64,000 nt of DNA from an uncultured Verrucomicrobiae bacterium (GTDB lineage Bacteria > Verrucomicrobiota > Verrucomicrobiia > Chthoniobacterales > Chthoniobacteraceae): contig CAVYKI010000012.1 of NCBI GenBank assembly GCA_963769025.1, positions 448,001 through 512,000 on the forward strand. The letters run 5' to 3'. The notes beneath the pieces were generated by a model. That model did no database searches. It was given only the letters and a program-made list of their open reading frames with translations, and was not told the origin of the DNA. A program made the position numbers and the translations under genes. Below, one piece after another: positions 59,591-64,000 of the stretch (the first letter of the stretch is position 1; the number at the start of each line of letters is the position of its first letter).

Positions 59591-61480
59591 CTACGGGACG
59601 ACGCGGAAGAGCCGGGTGTTGTTCACGCCGGTGAGCGCATTTGCCGCCGGGAGCGGCACCTGCTCGAGCCACGCCGGCGGGAATGCCTGCGGACCGCCGA
59701 GGCGGTACACGAGCGTCCGTTTCACCGTGGCCGCGTCGGTTTCGCCGTCTCCCATGAAGGCGCCGGTCATCACGGTGCCGGGCCGGGCCTTCAGCACGAC
59801 ATGCGTGACGCCGCGGCGCCGGCAGATCGCGCGGGCCGCGGTGTCGTCGGTGGAGAGCCAGAAAGCGGTGCTGTCCCGCAGGCCGTCCACGCATTCCCAG
59901 TACTGCGAGCCGACGAGCTCCGCGCCTGCGAAGTCGTGGAGCCAGACATAGTTCGCGTTCGACTGGTCCGTGATGATGCGCAACGGGCGGCCATCGTTGT
60001 TTTGGCGCAGGAAAAGCCCGAGGTCGCGCGCAGCCTGCCAGTCCACGTTCACATACGAATACCCGAGATCGAAAGTTCCCCGCCCGACCTGCCATAGCGA
60101 ATACCCCGAACTGGAAAGCGCCGCGACCACGGCGACGGGCCGCAGCCAGCCGAACCGCCACGGAGGAATCGGGACCATCCACGCGACGAGCATCGCAGCC
60201 GCCGCGAGGCCGGCCCAGCGCACCTGCATCCCCGCGAGGAGCAGAAGCAGAAACCCCGCGCCGAGCGGGACGATCGTCACCGGAGCGAGCTTGCCCGCGC
60301 GCGCGGCGACGCGTGCCCCGAGCAATCCCGCAAGGGCGATTCCCAGCAGTGAAAAGTACGCCGCCTTCGCAGCCGCGGAAGTCTGCAGGATCGGCGTGGT
60401 CTCGACCCCCATGCGGAACAGCGCGACGATGACCGGCTCGCGCGGCGAGTAGAGCGCCGCGGGAAGCGCGAGGATCGTCAGCGGCAGTTGCGCGACGGCA
60501 AGGCCGGCGACCAGCAGGCCCGGCGTGACGAACCGGCCCGCGGCGCGCGCGGACTGGAAGCGCGCGGTGAATTCCCCGAGGCCGATCCACGCGAGCGCGA
60601 AGAGCGGATGGTTCACCTCCAGACGGAACGGCCACGGGCCCGGCGCATATTCGAGCGCGAAGAACGCGAGCGCGAAACCGCCGCCCGCCCAGCCCCACAG
60701 CCGCCACAGCGGCGCGAATTCATCCGCGGCCGTCCCCTTCGGGCGAAGAAACGGCCAGGCGCAGCCACCAAGCGCCACGGCCCCGAGGATGACGAATTCC
60801 ACCGTGGCGCCGATCCACAGTCCCATCGCGCAGAAAAATGAGGCCGCGACCATCCATCCGCGGCGATGCCTTTCATCCGGCCAGAGCGCGCACGCAAGGC
60901 ACGAGAGCCCGGCGAGCACCGCGCCGTCGTGGAGCCCGTGATGGTCCGGCCGCGCAAAGGCGAGGTCCGTGGCGAGCGGCTCCAGCGTGGCGAGCATCAG
61001 CGCGCCGGCAGCCGTTTTCACCGCCCCGGCGCGACGCCAAAATACCGCGACGAATGCGGCGACGAGCAGCGCGTGGAGGATCGCCTCGCTGTGGTCCGCG
61101 GCCCACGCGAGGTGTTCGAGCGCCGTCCCGCCGCCCATGATCGCGCGCGCCTTGGCGAGCAGGATCATCCACCACGCGTACGACGAGCTCCAATGCACCG
61201 GACGGCCGAAGGGCGTGTTATCGAGCGTCGTCCAGTGGATGCGCCAGCGGCCCTCGGTGAGCATTTCGCGCGCGTAGAGGAACCAGTAATTCCCGTCCGC
61301 GTCCGCGTAGGTCGCCATCGTCTTCGGCTGCGTCCATTCCGTGATCGGCGGGAACTTCGCGTCGGCAAATGCGTGGCGCTCCCGCGTGTCCTTCCAGCCC
61401 CAATGCGCCTGGAGCGCGACCAGACCGATCGCGGCGGCCAGCACGGCGACGAAGGCAAGCCACTGGGATCGGAATTTCAT
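59591..61480 (-). CDS. STT3/AglB-like GT-C membrane glycosyltransferase (oligosaccharyltransferase-like)
   Basis: About 12-13 TM segments, first-loop DADGNYW, DNTPFGRPVHWS, PDHH motif, periplasmic C-terminal domain; no WWDYG. Confidence 0.6.
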   Translation of the reverse strand: MKFRSQWLAFVAVLAAAIGLVALQAHWGWKDTRERHAFADAKFPPITEWTQPKTMATYADADGNYWFLYAREMLTEGRWRIHWTTLDNTPFGRPVHWSSSYAWWMILLAKARAIMGGGTALEHLAWAADHSEAILHALLVAAFVAVFWRRAGAVKTAAGALMLATLEPLATDLAFARPDHHGLHDGAVLAGLSCLACALWPDERHRRGWMVAASFFCAMGLWIGATVEFVILGAVALGGCAWPFLRPKGTAADEFAPLWRLWGWAGGGFALAFFALEYAPGPWPFRLEVNHPLFALAWIGLGEFTARFQSARAAGRFVTPGLLVAGLAVAQLPLTILALPAALYSPREPVIVALFRMGVETTPILQTSAAAKAAYFSLLGIALAGLLGARVAARAGKLAPVTIVPLGAGFLLLLLAGMQVRWAGLAAAAMLVAWMVPIPPWRFGWLRPVAVVAALSSSGYSLWQVGRGTFDLGYSYVNVDWQAARDLGLFLRQNNDGRPLRIITDQSNANYVWLHDFAGAELVGSQYWECVDGLRDSTAFWLSTDDTAARAICRRRGVTHVVLKARPGTVMTGAFMGDGETDAATVKRTLVYRLGGPQAFPPAWLEQVPLPAANALTGVNNTRLFRVVP

Positions 61481-61523
61481 GGGCAGGCCGCCCGTGCATC
61501 GCAGCCGCCGTGCCGCCGTGCCT

Positions 61524-62069
61524 TCAAATCGTCCATTCCACCGGCACGCTCTTGCGCTGCTTGAAGCGGTCGTCGTAGAGCACCTTCCGGTTCGCAGCGC
61601 CGTATTCGTGGACGAGCTTCGTGCACTTCACGTCGAAGCAGCAGTACTCGGCGATGTCCAAAAGCTTGCCCTCGCGCCACCAGCGGATCGCATCGAGCCC
61701 GTCGCCGGTCTTGCCGACACCGATGCTGGCGCTCGCGACGGCGTCGAGCCCGAGGCGGTGGCCGAGCTTCGCCTCGATGTCCACGAGCAGGTCGAGCGTG
61801 CGGCACTGGTGCGGCAGGTCGAGGATCGTGTAGGCCATGAGCACCTCGTAGTCGAAATTGATCACGTTGAACCCGACGACGAGATCGGCGCGCAGGAGCT
61901 GGTCCACGAGGTCGTCCACGCGCTTTTCGCTGAAGATGCGGTATTCGCCGGTCTTTGTGCTGTAGGTCACGCCGAGGCTCATGCCCATGTCGCGCTTCTT
62001 GTCCCAGCCGCCGACATCGTTGGCGGTGCGCTGGGTCTCGAGATCGAAATAGACGATGTCACGCGACAT
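61524..62069 (-). CDS. RNase H-like (YprB/DEDD-type) nuclease domain protein
   Basis: VYFDLETQ, VGFNVINFDY, YCCFDV. Confidence 0.85.
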   Translation of the reverse strand: MSRDIVYFDLETQRTANDVGGWDKKRDMGMSLGVTYSTKTGEYRIFSEKRVDDLVDQLLRADLVVGFNVINFDYEVLMAYTILDLPHQCRTLDLLVDIEAKLGHRLGLDAVASASIGVGKTGDGLDAIRWWREGKLLDIAEYCCFDVKCTKLVHEYGAANRKVLYDDRFKQRKSVPVEWTI

Positions 62070-62198
62070 GAAGCGCGTTGTAGGCGAGCACGCGGGGGCG
62101 TCAAGCGGCGGGCTCGGAATGGGCCGGCTTTTGGAAAAAATGGATCAGTCGAGGGCTTGCTGGCTTTTCCCCGGCGAGCCCTGTAAGAACTGCGCCCG

Positions 62199-64000
62199 AT
62201 GTTATACGACCGGACCCCGACGCCGCGCATCCTCTGGTGGGGCGCGATTATTTTCAGCGCCATCGCGATCGCCGACTCATGGTTCCGGTGGTGGACGTTT
62301 CAGTACTCCACGTTCGACCTCGCATTCTACGCGCAGGGCATGTGGCTCGCGGGCCAGGGAATCTGGAACGTGTCGCTGCTCGGCGTGCCGCTGATGGGCA
62401 ACCACCAGGACCCGATCATTTTTCTCGCGCTGCCGTTCTTCAAGCTGTGGCCGCACCCGATGCTGCTGGTGATCCTGCAGACGCTGGTGCTGGCGACGAT
62501 GCCGTTCATCGGCTGGCGCATCGCACAGCAGCTCGAGTTCGGGCCAAGGGCGGCGGTCTGGCTGGGAATGGCGACGCTGCTCGCGCCGGCCACGGGCTTC
62601 ATAGCGTTGCACGAATTCCACCCCGAGGCGCTCGTCGCGCCGCTGCTCCTGCTGATGTTCGAGGCGCGGATGAAACGTCGGCCCGGCGCATACTGGGTGT
62701 CGTTCCTCCTCGTGCTCATGTGCAAGGAGAGCATGGGCCTGCTGCTCGCGTGGATCTCGGCCGTGCATTACATGATCGAGCGCGACCGCGACCGCGAATG
62801 GCGCGTCGGCTGGAACATCATCCCAGGCTGCGTCGCGCTCGGCTGGTTTCTCGTGTGCCTGTTTTTCATAGGGCCGTCGCTGAATGCCGGACGCGTGGAT
62901 TTCCTGGAGGTGTATTCGCATCTCGGCGACTCCGGCGCGGGCATCCTCACCGGGTTTTTCACGCATCCGTCGAAGGCCGCCGGGGCGCTCTGGACCGGCA
63001 TCAAGGGCGGCGATCTCACGTGGGGCACGCTTGTTCCGTTCCTCCTGCTCCCGCTCCTGCGGCCGCGGTGGATTGTCATGGCGCTGCCCATTTTCCTCCA
63101 GCACCTGCTCTCGTGGCGGCAGTCGGAATGGAGCATCCATTTCCATTACGCCGCGCCGCTCGTGCCGCTGCTCTGGCTCGGCACGGCCGAGGCGGGCTCC
63201 GCGCTTTTCTGGCGGGACATCCTCGCGCGCTGGGTCACGCTCGCGTGCATCGCTTGCAATGTCTGGTTCGGCCCGCTCCGCGCCGTGTGGGGCACCGCGA
63301 CAGGAGCCGGGGCTGCGCTCTGGGCCCGCGATTGGAAGAGCGCCATGCTCGTGGCCGTGCCGGGCGATGCGAGCGTCGTCGCCGGCATGCCGTACCTCTC
63401 CCATCTTACGAAACGCGAGCACCTTTACTCCCTCCACCACGTGCTCAAGGGCCTGAACACGCTCAGCCGGACCGAATACAAGCCGCCCGCGGCGACGGAC
63501 GCCATCATCATGGACACGGCGGACCGCGCGACATTCGACACAGCGGCCGGGATCTATCACCCGCAGATGCGCACCACCGACGGCCGGATCATCCCGTCCT
63601 CCGACATGCTCCTGCACCAGTTCATGCGGCAGGCCGAGTGGCACACCGTCGCGAGGAATGAGTTCACCATTTTCCTGAAAGGCGCGCCGCCGGCTCCGAC
63701 GCAGCCCTTCGGCGGCGCAGGCCGCAAGCTCGACGACCACACCACGCTCATCGCGTGCGAAGGAATGCCGCCGCTGCCCGGCGACCCGATGCTCTTCGCT
63801 ATGGCCTGGGATCTGAAGGCGAAGCGCGAGTCCATCCTGTCCGCGAAGCTCTACCTGATCGCCGAGAACGGGACGCAGCACCCGATCGGCAAGGGCCCCA
63901 TCGCCCTCGGCGTGGAGGCCGGGCGCTACACCGAGGCCTGGGCCGTGCGTCCGCCGCCTTCCGTGCCGGCGGGAAAATATCGCGGGCTCCTGCTCATCTA
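62199..64000 (+). CDS. DUF2079 family membrane protein (runs past the window end, so absent from the ORF track)
   Basis: ATG at 62199: MLYDRTPTPRILWW..QYSTFDLAFYAQ..GNHQDPI..HEFHPEAL..CKE..FHYAAPL; reads as an open frame to the end. Confidence 0.88.
   Translation, partial: MLYDRTPTPRILWWGAIIFSAIAIADSWFRWWTFQYSTFDLAFYAQGMWLAGQGIWNVSLLGVPLMGNHQDPIIFLALPFFKLWPHPMLLVILQTLVLATMPFIGWRIAQQLEFGPRAAVWLGMATLLAPATGFIALHEFHPEALVAPLLLLMFEARMKRRPGAYWVSFLLVLMCKESMGLLLAWISAVHYMIERDRDREWRVGWNIIPGCVALGWFLVCLFFIGPSLNAGRVDFLEVYSHLGDSGAGILTGFFTHPSKAAGALWTGIKGGDLTWGTLVPFLLLPLLRPRWIVMALPIFLQHLLSWRQSEWSIHFHYAAPLVPLLWLGTAEAGSALFWRDILARWVTLACIACNVWFGPLRAVWGTATGAGAALWARDWKSAMLVAVPGDASVVAGMPYLSHLTKREHLYSLHHVLKGLNTLSRTEYKPPAATDAIIMDTADRATFDTAAGIYHPQMRTTDGRIIPSSDMLLHQFMRQAEWHTVARNEFTIFLKGAPPAPTQPFGGAGRKLDDHTTLIACEGMPPLPGDPMLFAMAWDLKAKRESILSAKLYLIAENGTQHPIGKGPIALGVEAGRYTEAWAVRPPPSVPAGKYRGLLLI

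Overview
GC-rich bacterial chromosome window. The gene families present (DUF1501/PSD1, DUF1552/DUF1592, GloVer repeats) and the mostly SD-less, C-rich start contexts point to a PVC-superphylum organism, most likely Verrucomicrobiota; this is inference. In order: (1) 0.2-14.3 kb, a periplasmic sugar/redox region (propeller dehydrogenase, pentaheme cytochrome c, Tat-exported TIM barrel, PfpI, DUF1501 + PSD1 cytochrome, xylose isomerase, two Tat Gfo/Idh/MocA, GNAT); (2) housekeeping nth, lipoprotein, giant TPR protein, phosphorylase, waaA, leuD, tRNA-Gly; (3) a DUF1552/DUF1592 pair, three secreted hydrolases, a dipeptidase and a second DUF1501/PSD1-LamG pair; (4) a flavin halogenase-like gene plus a partial ebo cluster (eboF-eboD-eboE); (5) tRNA-Asp followed by an ~11 kb accessory glycan block (sulfotransferase, an 1882-aa methyltransferase/coiled-coil/repeat/WbsX/GT4/GT2 fusion, membrane protein, SGNH, beta-helix protein); (6) aspS; (7) a co-directional cassette of a 14-repeat GloVer surface protein, a SurA-like protein, DUF1573, rhodanese and MauE/DoxX, preceded by an STT3/AglB-like GT-C gene; (8) an RNase H-like gene and a DUF2079 gene cut by the window end. 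Many single-base frameshifts, including three in the essential aspS, suggest indel errors in the assembly, so several ORF-track entries are chimeras. Best candidates for undescribed systems: the GloVer + thiol-redox/chaperone cassette with its OST-like neighbour, and the single-polypeptide glycan polymerase/ruler/capping protein with its sulfotransferase. Family calls are from motif recognition by eye; no searches were run.
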